This document shows positions 12,826-28,262 of a DNA stretch of 64,000 nucleotides, in pieces. The DNA comes from Eledone cirrhosa (taxonomy: Eukaryota), in the NCBI GenBank assembly GCA_964016885.1, contig OZ024741.1, forward strand, positions 137,268,001-137,332,000, written 5' to 3'. The translations under genes were made by a program, and so were the position numbers. Under the pieces are notes generated by a model. It ran no database searches. It saw only the letters and a list, made by a program, of their open reading frames with translations, and had not been told where the DNA came from. How positions within the stretch are numbered: position 1 is the stretch's first letter; every line of letters starts with the position of its first letter.

Positions 12826-14552
12826 GCTGGATAGATACACAGGGGTAAATAAATCCAGGCACAATTGTTGTAAATACAGGCATAAATGACAAAGTATGTA
12901 TTTAGATATCAAAATGTGAAAAGATCGATATTTACAGATAAGAAAGCAATTAGGAATAAGTTCATACGCTCGGAAGATCAATAACTTTCACTTTCGTTTT
13001 ACGTTGTATTTGATCAGTGTGTATCGACCGCCGCCATTATTGGCTGCCATGTTTGATGTGTTGTGAATAAGAACTCACTCTTCTTTCTTTCGGCCTGCAC
13101 ATCTCTCTATTTAGAACAGTTTGTTATATCTTGAACTAATATTTTCGTGAATTCAGCCAGTCCTTCCAACCCCCAGTCCGGTGTAGTGTAAGACTGAATG
13201 CATCCTCCGTCGGATACAACGATGAACACTCAATTGAACGCTGAATTTTTGAATCAGTGACAAGGCATTATATTATCTTGAGTGTAATTAAAATTGTATT
13301 TGCAGATTGAAAATGTAAACTTAATATTTAGGCTTCTACAAATACCCAATATAAGTGTTACTATATTCTTAATGTAAAATATCCTATTTAAAATATAATA
13401 AAGATGTTGGATCCTCTGTCGGATTCGACAATGCACATTTAGTTATTTGATCAATTGAACGTGCAACTCGGGATTCAACAGAGTTTGTTTGTGGTAGGTA
13501 CTGGCTTTCTATATGTGTTCTGTAAGATATATGATACGATATCTGTTTGATCTTTGTTAGATATGTGGCATGTTTCTGGTGGTTTAGCTTTAATTTCATT
13601 GGTTTAGAGGACATATGAGGTACGTAATATCTTAATTGTGAAACAGAAATATAAACTGTGCCCAGCTCAGTGTAAATTAGAAATGGCAGATTCTGCTTCG
13701 CTTTTTTAATGAAGAGGATTCAGTTATTCGTTCAACTAAATGGGAAATTCAACTGAATCAGTGGAAAGGCATTATATTATCTTGTGTGTAACTGAAATTG
13801 TATGTTGAGATTGAAAATGTAAATTGCTTGGGCGTTACTAATTTTTAGTGTTTCCTTTGTTCATGTTCCGAAATGATTTAAGGCGTTTAATTACGGGTTT
13901 TCATCTTCAATGTATAGATTTTGTGTAATTTATGTGAGATGGATATGAGGATCAACATCATATGTAGTTTTAGGGAATGTGTTGGGTGATATGTGGTTGG
14001 CTTTCGTCAGTTTCGATGAGGAGTGTTTTAGTTAGTTGATAACAACAGCATACACGTGAAGTTAACTTGCAAGTGACTGAGACATTCCACAAATACTTGC
14101 ACACGTAACCTAGTTCTCAGGGAAATTCAGCGTAAAAGGGTGTGACATGATCGATATCCATTGCAGATACAATGCACTTTTACCAGCTAAGTAAACTAGA
14201 GACATGTAAAATAAAGTGTCTTTTTGAAGGATATAACGCGCCACTCCGAGAATCGAACGCGTGACCTTTCCGAATACATACCCTATCAGCTAAGCCACAC
14301 GCGCTTCATCGTCTCATCAGCTCAACGTTAAACAAAAATTAAAGGTTGACTATTTAGAATTGCAGTTACAACTCACACTTACTATAGCTAAGTGAAATGT
14401 AGAAACGTGAAATAGATTTCTCACTCAAGGACACAACACACCGCTCGGAATCGAACCTATGATGTTACGATCGTCAACCAAACATTCTAACCAGTAAGAC
14501 CCACGTCTTTTTTGTGTCAGTTCAAAGGTAAATAAAAACATATTGTACTTAC

Positions 14553-14776
14553 CGCATGCCATAAACAATTGATCCATTGCCAAACAATCGGATCATTTTA
14601 TTCTTCTCTGTGATGTCATGGAGAAACGAATTTTTATCGTTGGCAAAAAATGTATCTGGCACCCAGATGTTTTCGGCAAAATCTCCAGTTAGGGTGAGAT
14701 TATCGTCGGAATTGTTTGAGTAAACTAAACGCTCATCGATCCAATACTGATTAAGATATAGCGTTATGGTATAATC
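14553..14776 (-). CDS. Lcch3: GABA-gated chloride channel beta subunit (Lcch3/GABA-A beta-like), 224-bp ligand-binding-domain exon
   Basis: tttacag|GAT TAT...GGC ATG CG|gtaagt translates to DYTITLYLNQYWIDERL...LTLTGDFAENIWVPDTFFANDKNSFLHDITEKNKMIRLFGNGSIVYGMR. Closely similar to recalled Lymnaea GABA beta and Drosophila Lcch3 sequence. Confidence 0.95.
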
Positions 14777-15322
14777 CTGTAAATAGACACAGAAATAGAA
14801 GCAATGAAATTTAAATAGATGAGATGAGCTATGGACTGGATGACATATGAAGGCATGGAAACGCACACACACTCATACACATGCACGCATAGATACACAC
14901 ACATTAAACATCGGCTTCGAAGGGCCTGAGGCTATGGTACACGGCATTTGTTGAACAGGTTCAGCAGTGGAATAGAACTCGGGACATAATGATTGTGAGG
15001 TGAACCCCTTAAATATTCAGCCAAGCTGCGTCCTTGGTTGGTTTTTTATAGCAGGTTAAGTGACCATGTAGTTTACCTCAATATTAAACACGAATGAGAA
15101 CTTATGAGGTGGGTTTTACAGCTTATTTAACAGCTTCACAAATGTGATGGAATATTGTGATGGAATTATTTCTAAATTATATGATAATACAAACTACATT
15201 CCTCCCCTTATTCAAGATGTTTACAGATTTATGTATATATATTTCATTTTTATTTTGATGCTAAAGCTATAATTGTTTTTCTGTAAATCTACTTCCTCGT
15301 TATATCTATTCACAGGTAATCT

Positions 15323-15404
<82 letters not shown>

Positions 15405-15409
15405 TACAT

Positions 15410-15528
<119 letters not shown>

Positions 15529-15567
15529 CACACATATATACACTTACACACACACACACACACACAC

Positions 15568-15601
<34 letters not shown>

Positions 15602-15892
15602 GTTTGAACAAGTGTCCTTTATGAGACATTAAAGAGCACAATATTAAGAAAATAGAGATATTTTATATTTACACTTAATCTTGCCCCAAAAAAACAAAAA
15701 CAAACGTTACTTAAAGTTTCATATAAAGCCAATCTTTTGCAACGCAATTATTGCTGGGAATAAAACACCAAAGGTGTTGAGTTTAAAAATCCTCATATAT
15801 CATTGAATAAAATGGAAGTCAAAGCATGTATTTAAGCTTGACGACAGTATTGTTTTAATCCAGAAATAATTGCATTACATAAGCTTAGCTTA

Positions 15893-16040
15893 GGCGGCAA
15901 ATTGGCAGAGTTGTTAGAACGTCGGATAGAATGCTTTGCTGTATTCGTTTCGTCCGTCTGCTCTCTGAGTTCAAATTCCATCGCGGTCAACTTTGCCTTT
16001 CAACAATTCGAAAGTACCAGTCTACTACTGGGGTGAATTC
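15893..16040 (+). mobile_element. tRNA-derived SINE (family 1)
   Basis: ggcggcaaattggcagagttgttagaacgtcgg...gagttcaaattcc...ggtcaactttgcctttc. Confidence 0.7.
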
Positions 16041-16294
16041 TTTCTCTGTAATCTCTTTCTCACTTCCATTCTTTAATTTTCTATCATCTGGAAGAAATCT
16101 ACTGTATTCAGACCTGGAGAGAAAATGACCTCCGCCAGATTTAAAAACGCCATAGAAACGCCGTATATCACTACGACACAACCACGACTCCATTCGGAGT
16201 TACGTGACTCAAAGAAAGAAGAAGCTTATACGAAAATCTAAGTAACCTTTTCCACAAGATTCCCCATCACACATACATAAATATATCTATATAT

Positions 16295-16417
<123 letters not shown>

Positions 16418-16743
16418 TAGAAGAAGAAAAAAGAGCCCCTTTGGTCACGAATGACTATGGGATTTGTGCCTAGAAAGTTTACCCTCCAAGGCACAAGCCC
16501 GGACAAGGTTGTTTATGGAAGTCTCCCCTCTCCATGCCACTGACGTTGTCCAAGGTAATGGCCGTTATAGCTTGGCACCAGTGACGCCACAACTCATTTC
16601 CACAACTGAGTGAACTGGACACAACGCATTACTGAGAATTGAACCAACACTCTAGCTACTAATCCACGCGCATTCACACACAAACACACATATACATATT
16701 TACATATACATATACACACATGCATACACATATAAATATATAC

Positions 16744-16776
<33 letters not shown>

Positions 16777-17273
16777 TGCATATACATATACATACATTTC
16801 CGCTGCCATTTCGTTCATCCCCCTTTAAGGGGGAATCAATTTATCGACAAATACTACATCTCAAGTAGTATCTGATGAATTGCCATTAGTAAAAGTCCAT
16901 TCATTGCTTTCTCCCTTTACAAAAACTAGAAATCAGTCAAAGCTTGCTATATTTCTGTGCCCTAGTCACTAAAGACCCCATGATGCATATATCCGTATAT
17001 TCACAGACAGACAGACTCACGCATACAATCACACACACACATATTTTACAAACATACACATTTTAAACTCACATAAATTGTACGCGCATACATGTACAGA
17101 TTCACAATCACACACACATATTTTATAAATACACATTTTGAACTCACTAATTGCACACGCACGCCTTCACAGATACACAAACACACGTACACATATTTTA
17201 CAAATGCATGTTCTACGCACACACATACAAATTTTGCATGTTCACGTCCATAGATACACACACACACACACAC

Positions 17274-17345
<72 letters not shown>

Positions 17346-18332
17346 GCGCGCATTTTACACACAAATGTATACGTACGCAGATACACAAACGCGTATTTTA
17401 TATACAGCTACAATACAATCTTCCCAAGATCAAACACATATATATATGCACACATTATACACGCGTACATTTTACACTTACAAGCCCATATACATTCTAC
17501 ATATTTCACAGACAAACATTTTACACTTAGGTACACACATACACACACACGCACACGTACACGCACACATACGCACACGCACACACACACTCACACACAC
17601 ATACACACACAAATGCACATGCACACACAGATACACATACACATTTTATGGACAGTACTCATACAAATACAATAGACACAAACGTAAACATACACTCGTA
17701 TATGTTATTGAGTGAAGCTGAAGGTTTGAAAATCTGATTCTTAATCTCGTCTCTTTGACAGTGTAGATTTTCATGAAGAAAAATCACGTAGATAGGGTAG
17801 TCTTTATATATTACCGAACACGTATTTCTTCAATGCTTTATTTTGTCAGTAGTATATTTTTCTATCTTTTAGCGTTTCCTCTAATTTTATTGACCAATTT
17901 GTTTCTTTGGTGATATAATGTGTCACTCCTTTAACCCCCACCCAACCATGCAAACTCGACCGTCCCATGTTAATGCTTGCTTATTATTCACACTGGAAAA
18001 GGGGTCGCGGTAGCTACACTTTCCAGTATCATCTATATAAGGAATAATTCGGTGTCTATTTTCATTTCAATCAATACAGCAAACAAAAAGCCGAGCTTAA
18101 GGCCTTATGCTTTCAGAATAAAATATCTTTCAATATCTTTCCCGTCTCAGCCAATAAAAACTTAGCAAGTATCGTTTTCCTCGCGGAAGATTCGTGGTGA
18201 AGTGTGAAAACAGAAAACTGGCAAAGTTCCCAGTATGGTTCATTAAGATATTGAGTTCGACAAATGTCAACCAACTCCATCATTTACTGCTTATGAATTG
18301 TCAATCAACTGTATGGAATTAGAATTCACCCC

Positions 18333-18410
<78 letters not shown>

Positions 18411-18466
18411 ATATTTATACATATACACACATATATATCATATATATATAAGATATGCATATATAT

Positions 18467-18519
<53 letters not shown>

Positions 18520-20489
18520 TCTCTCTCATAAATTGAGGCAAGAACATCCATTAATTTTGCCATTTCTATATCGTTGTATGTCTTCCTTCTGCCTTCTCTC
18601 TCTCTCTCCCTCTGTCTCTCTCTCTTTCTCCGCCCCTCTCTCTCTCTCATATATATATATTCATTATTTTTCAGATTGCTATTTTTCTGCGTGATATATT
18701 TAACCACTTGACCACGTTGCAACCAGCTATTTGATAAATTATAGCTTTAGCTGTGTGGACCAATTTATGGTGAACAGTATCTCACCTTTCTACTGTTTAG
18801 TCTGGAGTTGAAGGGCAGCACCCATGAATTTATAATTGTTCAGTACCTCCGATAATGGTGGGAAAGGGCAAGAAGGTATCCGTAAGCGAAGCACCTAACC
18901 CAAAGGTTTGCAACAGTTAATTACTCTAAAGGGAACTAAGGATCATCTAGTGCCGTTAAACCACTCAAGAACATAGAACACAAGGACCCGGATCAAATAT
19001 CGCAAGGCAATTCAGCCACGATAGAAGTAGAGAGGAATACACTAGGATTTGAACTGAGAGTACAGTGAGTTGGTACTGATATCGCAAAACCTTTCTTCAC
19101 ACGTTTGTTGCTAGAACCCCCCCCCCCCCCCACACACACTTGTTTAACAGCTAGGACATATGTTCCTAACTTGGGGATTATGGACTCCTGGGAATCTACA
19201 ATTGTAGGATTGGACATGCCTGATCTATGTTCAAATTTTCAATTACCTTGTTAAATCATAATATACACACAATTGAATACTGTTAAATAAAAATGGGCCT
19301 TAGGAGTGAAAATGTTGGGAAACATTGAGCTAGATAACCCGATAGAATTAAGTGTCCCAGCCAACATATACATCATAAAACATATGTAGTAGAAGATTTG
19401 ATCTAACAGCCTAAATGACGGATGTAAAATACCTTGTGTAGCAAATACAACTCATTCGTTCATTATTAGAATATGAATAAATATACAGATATGCATTTCT
19501 GAATTACTTCTAACGTCTTTCATACACGATAAAATAGATTTATTCAACGAAGGATCTTTCAAGACATAATTTCTATAGATTCAATTATAGCATATATTTG
19601 TATAGTTGAAGGCAAAACAGCAGAAATTCCTTTACACAGTATGATCGCTACCGAGGATTTAGATAATTCTCACTGTACAAGAAAAAAAAATCCCGATTAC
19701 TGTTCTCATTCAATTTATACTTATGCATATGCGAATATAATGGATAGTCTTGTAATGAAAAGAACATGCTTATAAATAGTCGGGCATGTTTATCATTCTT
19801 GACAAGTCTTAGAACAGTCACCATCTTACCTACACACATATAGGAACATATGAACATACATGAAAACACATTAATATAGCGTCAATAACATTATATATAT
19901 ATAATATTGTTTTGCGATTGCCTCAAACAAATCGAATAGTACATGCTGTACGGCAGCTACAACTTCGGTTTATACCTACTATATATATATATATATATGA
20001 TATGTATATATATGTAAACCTGTATATGTATGTATATGTATATATAAACACTGACGTATACCTTCCTTGGTACTCCGAGCGTCCCGAAGCAAGTTGATCT
20101 TACTTCGTTTGTCAGCAATCGGAAAGTCACCACCGGTGATAATTCAATACATTCCCTTCTGAAAAAACATCCCCTAGGATACATGTAAAAAATATGTAGA
20201 CATACTCACGCCCACATGTGGAATTCGTACACAAACACTCACACATATATTTACTTGTATAAACAGACACACACAAACATGCACACACAGGCATACATCC
20301 GCATATATACACGTGATCCTCCTCAACTGTGTATGTGAGCGCACATGTGCCCAAGCCTACACATGCACACGCACACAGACAAAGACACACATACATACAA
20401 ACACATATGAAAATGTCTTGTTAATGGGTGCAGGAGAGATAAAATATTCTGATAGTCTTTTTTTTATCTTGAATGTTTCGTTATACAGT

Positions 20490-21215
20490 TTCTGAAAAAG
20501 TTATGATGTTTGCCCTGCGGTCTTTGATCATGTTATCCATGGTGACGTGTGGGTGTCTGGATATTTTGGCTGCCTTGTCAAAAATGTATTTGCTAGATGA
20601 GAAGTTTGAAATTCTCCTGCTAATATCTTTCACAAGATTCTTAAACATTAAATGGATCCTTCGCTCATTTGACGGAGCGGATGTATGCGATTTGGTCGGC
20701 CTATATATATTGAACATCCTAGGCCAGGCATGTCAAACTGATGGTCCCCCAAGCACCACATGGGTCACATATGTGTTGTCTGAGGGTCACACACGACAAC
20801 AAATTTTACGAAGATAAAACATGCTCGCGCTGTAAAAAACCTTTGTGCGGGCCGCACGTGTGCTTGTAAAGTGCCGCATGAGGTAACCTTTATCCATCTA
20901 TGCACTTTGTGTTAAATATAGTTGATGCCCTGGCAATAGCTAGAAACAAAATCGGACACACTAGATATATTAAGAAAAGAGATCATACAAACTTTCAAAT
21001 ATTTCGGTTTAAAAATAACTATAGAATCTATCCTAACCTTTGTTAACTTCCTGGATGTAATACTAAACTTAACAAATAACGAATACAAGCTCAATAGAAA
21101 ACCAAACGATAGACTTTCCTACATAAAGGCAAGATCCTGCCACCCCACAATAGTGTATAAGAATCCCGTTAAACATATTAGGGGGAGAGTCACCAACCTC
21201 TCATCTAGCAAAGTA
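20490..21215. mobile_element. Decayed Penelope-like RT relic in head-to-head arrangement, interrupted by a MITE-like insert
   Basis: Plus strand: SFDGADVCDLVGLYILNIL (~20663-20720) and VNFLDVILNLTNNEYK...RVTNLSSSK (~21040-21212). Minus strand: KNLVKDISRRISNFSSSKYIFDKAA (~20560-20650). All match the 7.5-9.3 kb element. The insert at ~20725-20885 starts caggcatgtcaaact (hAT-like end). Confidence 0.75.
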
Positions 21216-22544
21216 CTTAGGAAGATATACGCCTCTTTATCATGTATTTTATACAATACTAGCTGACGTACTCAGCTTCGCCCGCTTAAACAGATGATAA
21301 GAGAAGACAGGTAGAAGACAAAATGACTGCATTGGATGTTTGTCTGGTTTTACAGTACGAGAAAAGGGCCATGGTGTGTGTGTGTTACAAAAAATAAACA
21401 GCAAATAGATCTTCCAGATAGACCAGATTCTTCGTTTTACCGTTCGTACATATGAAGATTTCTAGTTTCCAATCGTGAACAACCTACATATAACTAACTG
21501 TCCATGGGTAAAAAAGCGATTCTCTTGTATTCAATTCTACAACTTTGAAACTCTGAGCCTGACCTTTATTTATTGTCATAGCAAAACTAGCTATAACAGG
21601 AAACTGAAGCTTTGAGAATTTGAATGACAGCTAAATAGAGGAAGGGATAAGAGGAATCTTGGGAATACATGCATTTTCTCCTTAATGATTGCCTCTAAGA
21701 ATAATGACCTCTAGGAGATGGTTCATCCTCCTCCTGGCTGTGTGCCATTGCATAGAAGTAGTGGCTTCACGTTTCTCAAAAGGATGGTGGAAGTTCCAAT
21801 ATTTTATATATGTAGATATATAGATAATTGTATATAGATGTGTGTGTGTGTGTGTGTGTGTATGTGCGTGTGTGTGTGAGTGTGTGCGTGTGTAGGTATG
21901 CGCGCGCATGTCTGTGTGTAAACCAGCGTCCGAATCGTGTTTAATTCTTTTGTCTGTGTATCTGATTAAGTATTTACGTGAAGATGTGTGTGTATGTAAC
22001 CTACTAAGGTTTTAATCCAAATGAAAATAAAAATTATATGTTGTCACTCCTGGGGTCTTGTAAAATTTGATTTGATTTGGTCGAGCCATCGGGAATGCAT
22101 AAGGAAAAGACAGAGAGAGAGAAAAAGAATTTTATATATAGAGAGATTGTATATTTACGCCTATCATTATATATTGAGGGCTCCTTCTTTAGTGATTACA
22201 AACACGTATTCAGGAAACTATATATCATATATATCTGACCCTTCACCCACCCCTTAGCCTCATAGACCAATCGAACCATAGCAATATAAATATATCTCCA
22301 CTCACTATCTGTGGCAAGAACTATTACTACTACTGCTGTTACTATTGCTACTATCTTTCCTATTCTTCTTGGATATTTTTGTTTATTATGGATGGGCTGA
22401 AATGACGGAGCAACCCTAAATATAAATATGAATTCACGCCTTTCCAGGCAATCATGTAAACCTTCTTTATTTCAGATACGGAAAGCATACATCTACTCTC
22501 ACAAATATCCACCATCTTCCTCTTCTACTATTGACGGCAAATGC

Positions 22545-23170
22545 TAAAAATTCCGAATTGGCACCATCAATGCGAACACAATGAAAGGAAGAACAGAAGA
22601 TATTGTAGAGATGCTAGAGAGAAAGAAAATTGAAGCAAGAGACTAGATGGAGAGGAGAGTCAGCTAGACTCTTTGTAGGCAAAAAACAGTGCTACAAATG
22701 TTTCCGGGTGGGAAATGAAAACGAGCTGGAGGGCAGTGGGTATCTAAGTTGATAAATGGCATAAGGTAATCTCTGTAAATAGTGTGAATACGAGAAGCTG
22801 ACTAGTCCTAAATAGAACAATGACCACAATTATATTTATATATGCACCTCAATCTGGGTTGTTAGATGAACGCAAAGATAGGTTTTACGTATAGTCTATC
22901 AAACGAATGACAAACGAATGACAGTGACTTCTTGATCATTGCAGTGCACTTTAATGGACACGTTGAAAAACACTGTGACGGCTTCTACAGTGCCCATGGG
23001 TGCTACGCCAATTCTGCGACGCCAATGACCTATCGATATGTAACACACACTTCAAATAACCTGACAAACACATAATCACCTATAGATCTGGTGAACATGC
23101 TAGTCAGATAAATGTTAACCTTACCAGAGGACGATATAGAGTGACCATGGTAAACACGAAATCCATGACA
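22545..23170 (+). mobile_element. RTE-clade LINE APE-endonuclease relic
   Basis: Degenerate IGTINANTMKGRTEDIVEMLERKKI...YAPQSG...FNGHV...CDANDLSICNTHFK...ITYRSG, with frameshifts. Confidence 0.75.
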
Positions 23171-25341
23171 CCAGGAATAAAAATCCCGATCTTATGATTT
23201 TTAGCCGATCACCTTTACCATACGTCTTCCTCTTACATATATGAGACCCTGCCATAGTTTCGTTTAACATTAAGAATGCTCACCTGAATATTTCACCATC
23301 CCATGTTGTTCAATATAGTATTATGTGATTTATCGTTCTAATTATATTAGAAATCTATCAACCTAAGAATGTCAGCAATTTGTCGATTTCAATAGACTGG
23401 CTATATATGATCTAAATGTGAAGGCACGTGACTTAGAGGTTAGGATGTTAAACACGTGATCGTATGGTCGTGATTTCGATTCATGGGCTGAGTGGCGCGT
23501 TGTGTTATTGAGCAAGGTACTTTATTTTATGTTGTTTCAGTACATCCAACTAGAAAAAATGAGTTGTGTTGTTACATTTGCGAAATTTTAAAATGTAGTG
23601 GCCCCAAGACAGATAACTGTGATAATATTTGATCACTAAAATTAATAGTTTTATTTTACCCGTATTTTTCAAATTCTCTAAACGCTTGGTAAGCCAAATG
23701 GATGTCCACTTTCTAGCTACAGGCATAAATACTTTTAAAAAATCCACTGTTTAGTAAAGAACCCATGTAGAAAATTCTACTGGTTCAATTCTACTTCTTT
23801 CTTTTATTTTCGTTCTCACCCATACACACTATTCTAATGTTGACAATCATCACCCAGGATCTCTTAGCGTAAGGGTTAGCTTACTCGTCCGGCATCAAGG
23901 AGATGAGCGGGTCGATTTCTCGCAGGCGTCCGTATTCACTTTCTTTCCCTTCTTCAAGGGTACTTTACCTGATGTATTCAACTAGTATTTATATTGATCA
24001 ACTATAATTATAGTTATTTCCAATCCCGTATTAGTGTCACCGTTATGAATTAACTGATTAATTGATCTTCAACGATGCTATTCCTCACCAATTGTGATAT
24101 AAAAGTAAAAGAAAAGAAAAGTTATTACCATTTACGAATTTGTATTTGGCTCTGTAAACATATGAAAGCCTCGACCATTATAAAATTTTCCCCAATATTT
24201 ACAATTTGGGACTGGGATGGGACAGAAGCAATAATTCGATCGGATCGACATTTGAAAAATCAATCGCTTTAATCAATTAACTCTACAGTGTGCCTAACCT
24301 ATTAAACACGGTAATAACTTTTAGTCTGAAACATGTTTGTCTTTGTCGTACAATATTAACTACGTCTGTCTAACAGACATTATTAATATGAGAACCATTC
24401 AAAGATGGAATAGTTTACCAAGTGATTAGACTTTCTCTTGAACAATCTTGATTTGCTGCCAAAACCATACGGCTTTGAAAGATGAATGAGTCCCCGGACA
24501 ATATGTGTTGAAACTTTAGTCGGCGGATTATTCGCTGAATTCCAGTTCAAAGTTTACGTATAGTCTATCAAGAATTGTGAGCGAATCATAGAGGTTTTTT
24601 AATAATACAGATGACATTGTAATTTTATCTTTTATTATATTATTTTCACGCGTTTCTTTTGGAGTTGCTGTTTATACATTTATTGATTATTGACGTCTGT
24701 TTTTAGCAACACTTCCACAGACATCGGTTTTAACAGTAAGACAAAACAAAAGAAAACCCAAATCCAAAAGACACAATGATTAATAATGGTAATCCCGTTT
24801 GTTCTTTATCAGATTCTTAGATTTTGGTTAACATTTCTGAAATCAGTTATCGATTTGTTTTTCACAGGAATTTAATTAATAGCTATTAGAAATAGTTTGA
24901 CATCAAAGATGTTGCTTGTCTCTTTCTTTCGTGTTAATATAATCCTTTTTTTATTTTTGTTTATTACTTTTTATTTATTTTGTTTCTGTCACTTGGTGTA
25001 ACATTTTTATCAATTAAACTTATCCCGATTTTCCATAAATAGTAAAATAGTTGCCTATAAGAAATATGACATATAGTATATGATATATTTTGGATTATTT
25101 TGCTATATATGCTTTATTAAAAAATTCTCAAGTGTATAATAATGGCGTATAATACATATAAATAGATATAAATGCATAAAATATGGCTGTGTGGTTATGG
25201 AGTTCACTTCATAACCACATAGTTCTGGGTTCCATCCCGTAGCATGACACATTGAGGAAGTATCTAGTATAGTCACGAGATGACCGATGGTAGACGGAAG
25301 CCCATCATATATATATATATATATATACATGATGGACTTCC

Positions 25342-25457
<116 letters not shown>

Positions 25458-25659
25458 AATGTAATCTGAGTTTTTCGAATATTAATAATAACATTCGATT
25501 CGTTTGCAATTCGATAAAATAAAGTACCAGTAATGCACTGGGTATTTGCTGGCCTTGTGCCTAAAGTAGAAACAATTATTAATAGTCGAAAAACTCAGAT
25601 TACATTTATTGTATTCAGCCATGTAGAGCGAACATTTTCTTTTATATATATATATATAT

Positions 25660-25845
25660 GAGTCTCTGGTTCAATCGGGGGGTAACCACAGGTAGTAAGG
25701 TTATCAATACAGCAATAGAGTGTAAACATCATGTTTAATATAGAAATGGCTTCTACAGGACTAGAACTCTTTAATTGAAAAGAAATCAACTATTGAATGA
25801 AGCAGTTCTAGTCCTGTAGAAGCCATTTCTATATTAAACGTGGTA
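25660..25845 (-). mobile_element. Fold-back mini-element, family E
   Basis: Arms 25733-25768 and 25804-25839. Same family as 32950-33120 and 63671-63810. Flanked by (TA)n and (TATC)n. Confidence 0.75.
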
Positions 25846-25846
25846 T

Positions 25847-25898
<52 letters not shown>

Positions 25899-26509
25899 AA
25901 ATATACATACATACATATATATATGTGTGTTTGTATTCTAGCATGTGTTTTTGTTCATGTCTTCTAGCCTAGTGGTTCGACACAAAAGGAATCGATAAAT
26001 AAGTACTGAGGTTCAAAGAATAAGTGCTAGGATGGATATGATTGATTAAACCAAGGAGCATAGCCTCAGTTGTATGATTTAAACAACTAGTAAAAGGATA
26101 AAACAAAATCATATTTTGATGTCATGTATTGTATTCCAAACAGTATTCTCAGAAACCATTCTGTGACACTTTATAATGAGTCAATTCCATGTTATTGTGA
26201 ACGTAGCTTAGCATTGACTTCTATTGTATAGTCCAGGGTGGAAATCATGGATAGTTTTATTTATTTTGCTACAAAAATAAAGCAAACTAAAATTTAATTT
26301 TGACATTTCATTGTATCTTTTCGAATTCATATGTGTATGTTTCTTAGGCTTTCTTACAATAAGTTAATTTTGTAAGTTTCTATTGTCGCAAATATATTCC
26401 AGGAATATATGTAAATACATGTAAATACAGAATCAACATTATAAACACATGTATATACACACATATGCTATATCGAGTGATACATATTGTTAACCATACT
26501 AACACACAA

Positions 26510-26588
<79 letters not shown>

Positions 26589-26590
<2 letters not shown>

Positions 26591-26760
26591 CGAAGGAATT
26601 GTGGTAAGGAACCAGATGGACCATAATGCACCAGAGTACTCAATACTTAGGGTAGTAGAGTGGGTAATAGGAAAAAGTATGACATCGACGGCAGAGCTCA
26701 GTCCAGAAATAGTCGTCGAAACGGCTTGAGCTCTGCTGTCGAGGTCATGCTTTTTCCTAT
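26589..26760 (-). mobile_element. Fold-back mini-element, family D copy 1
   Basis: ~33-bp arms (26668-26700, 26727-26760) plus an 80-bp tail with ACTC tact acccta agta tt GAGTAC. (TA)n on both sides. Confidence 0.85.
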
Positions 26761-26935
26761 ATATATATATATATATTAGGTATAGGAAACAGTGGTCACA
26801 GCATTGGATATTCGAGTTCTGCAAGTACTTGTGAATTTGCACGTAGCGTAACCAGGCTGCAGTACCACCGTGGAAACACTTGTAAGCACACGGAATAAAT
26901 TACCTTTTTATGATGTCTACCTGTTATTATTCATT

Positions 26936-27009
<74 letters not shown>

Positions 27010-27831
27010 ATATACATTTGTCTCTCTGTGTATATCTCTTTAATATTTACAACCACTCACATACACACAATGTATTTCCGATTACTGTCATGTTTCTGCA
27101 ATAAGTTGTTAGCTTTTCAGACACAAGTTCTTGTGTTATAACTCAGCATCGGTCCCTATGAATAGTTAATTCTCCAAAGGTATCACGTATAGTCTTTCTG
27201 TAGATTGAAACCTAGAAAGATGGTCATTGGCAGAGTTATTAGAACATCGGATAGAATGCTTCATTTGATTCGTTTCGGCTTTCTGCTCTCTTAGTTCAAA
27301 TATCACGCATGGACAACGTTGGATTTTATCATTTCTAGGTCATTAAAAGAAAGTACCAGTTCAGTACTGCGGTCTATTATTCCTCCATCTCTCCCTCTTT
27401 CTCTTTCCACCGTTCACCACCACCACCACCACCACCACCACTACTACTACTACTGCTACTATTATTACTCCTTCCTAACATTGATAGAAAGTTTACACCT
27501 AGGAGGAGTGTGGGTGGGTAAGTATGATGTGATTATTAAATCAATGCAAGTACTTGTCTGATATTTATATTTTATTTTATCAACCACAGAATAATGGACA
27601 TGAAAATCGATACCGAGAACGAATTTTGTTTGGAGCTAGAACATTGAGAGACAGAATTGAATATTATTACAGTATTTATTGTGCAGAAAATAAGATATAA
27701 GAAATTAAATAATTTCCAAAGAATTTTATGAATATACAGAAATATAGACTCATCAGATTTAGAAGAAGATTCAATATTTACAAATCCAGTCCGTAGTCGT
27801 TTCTCCTAATTAAATCACAAGACGTGTTGAT

Positions 27832-27873
<42 letters not shown>

Positions 27874-28231
27874 CGTGGAGCATTAGGATGTAGATTTGTC
27901 TGACTGGTCAGAGCGTAGGATATTTCTTCTGGTTTTCTGTAGCTTGAGTTTAAATCTCGCTGATGTCCATCTTGCTTACGTGCGTTCGATGTCGATAAAG
28001 AAAGAACAAATCCAGTGCTGATGTAGCCTCGTTTTCAGTTGTTACATCTTGGATGTTTACTGAGTTCAATGGAGATGAGCTTTAAAGATTGTTTGGGTCT
28101 GCTCGTCACTGCATAGGGACAAAACATTCTAAGTGAAAGCGTGGTTGTACATGGTACATGTCACAATCGATGGCGAGTATTAATTTTATTGATGGTAAAT
28201 ATACCCGAAAATATCACCATTGAAGCACGCG

Positions 28232-28262
<31 letters not shown>

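Noticed and set aside
14295-14325. CTGATGA...GAAG on the minus strand
   Set aside because: No stem I or II, and GAAG belongs to the SINE head. Likewise CTGATGA at ~16872 lacks GAAA.
14777-14872. N-terminal part of ORF 14549-14872
   Set aside because: It lies upstream of the tttacag acceptor and has no receptor similarity, so it is intron.
16925-16965. Minus-strand IASFD resembling the missing upstream exon
   Set aside because: Followed by an immediate stop, needs two frameshifts, and has no splice donor; likely chance.
21259-21290. Second possible Helitron 3' end (CTAG|T on minus)
   Set aside because: The hairpin is degenerate and no matching 5' end could be located.
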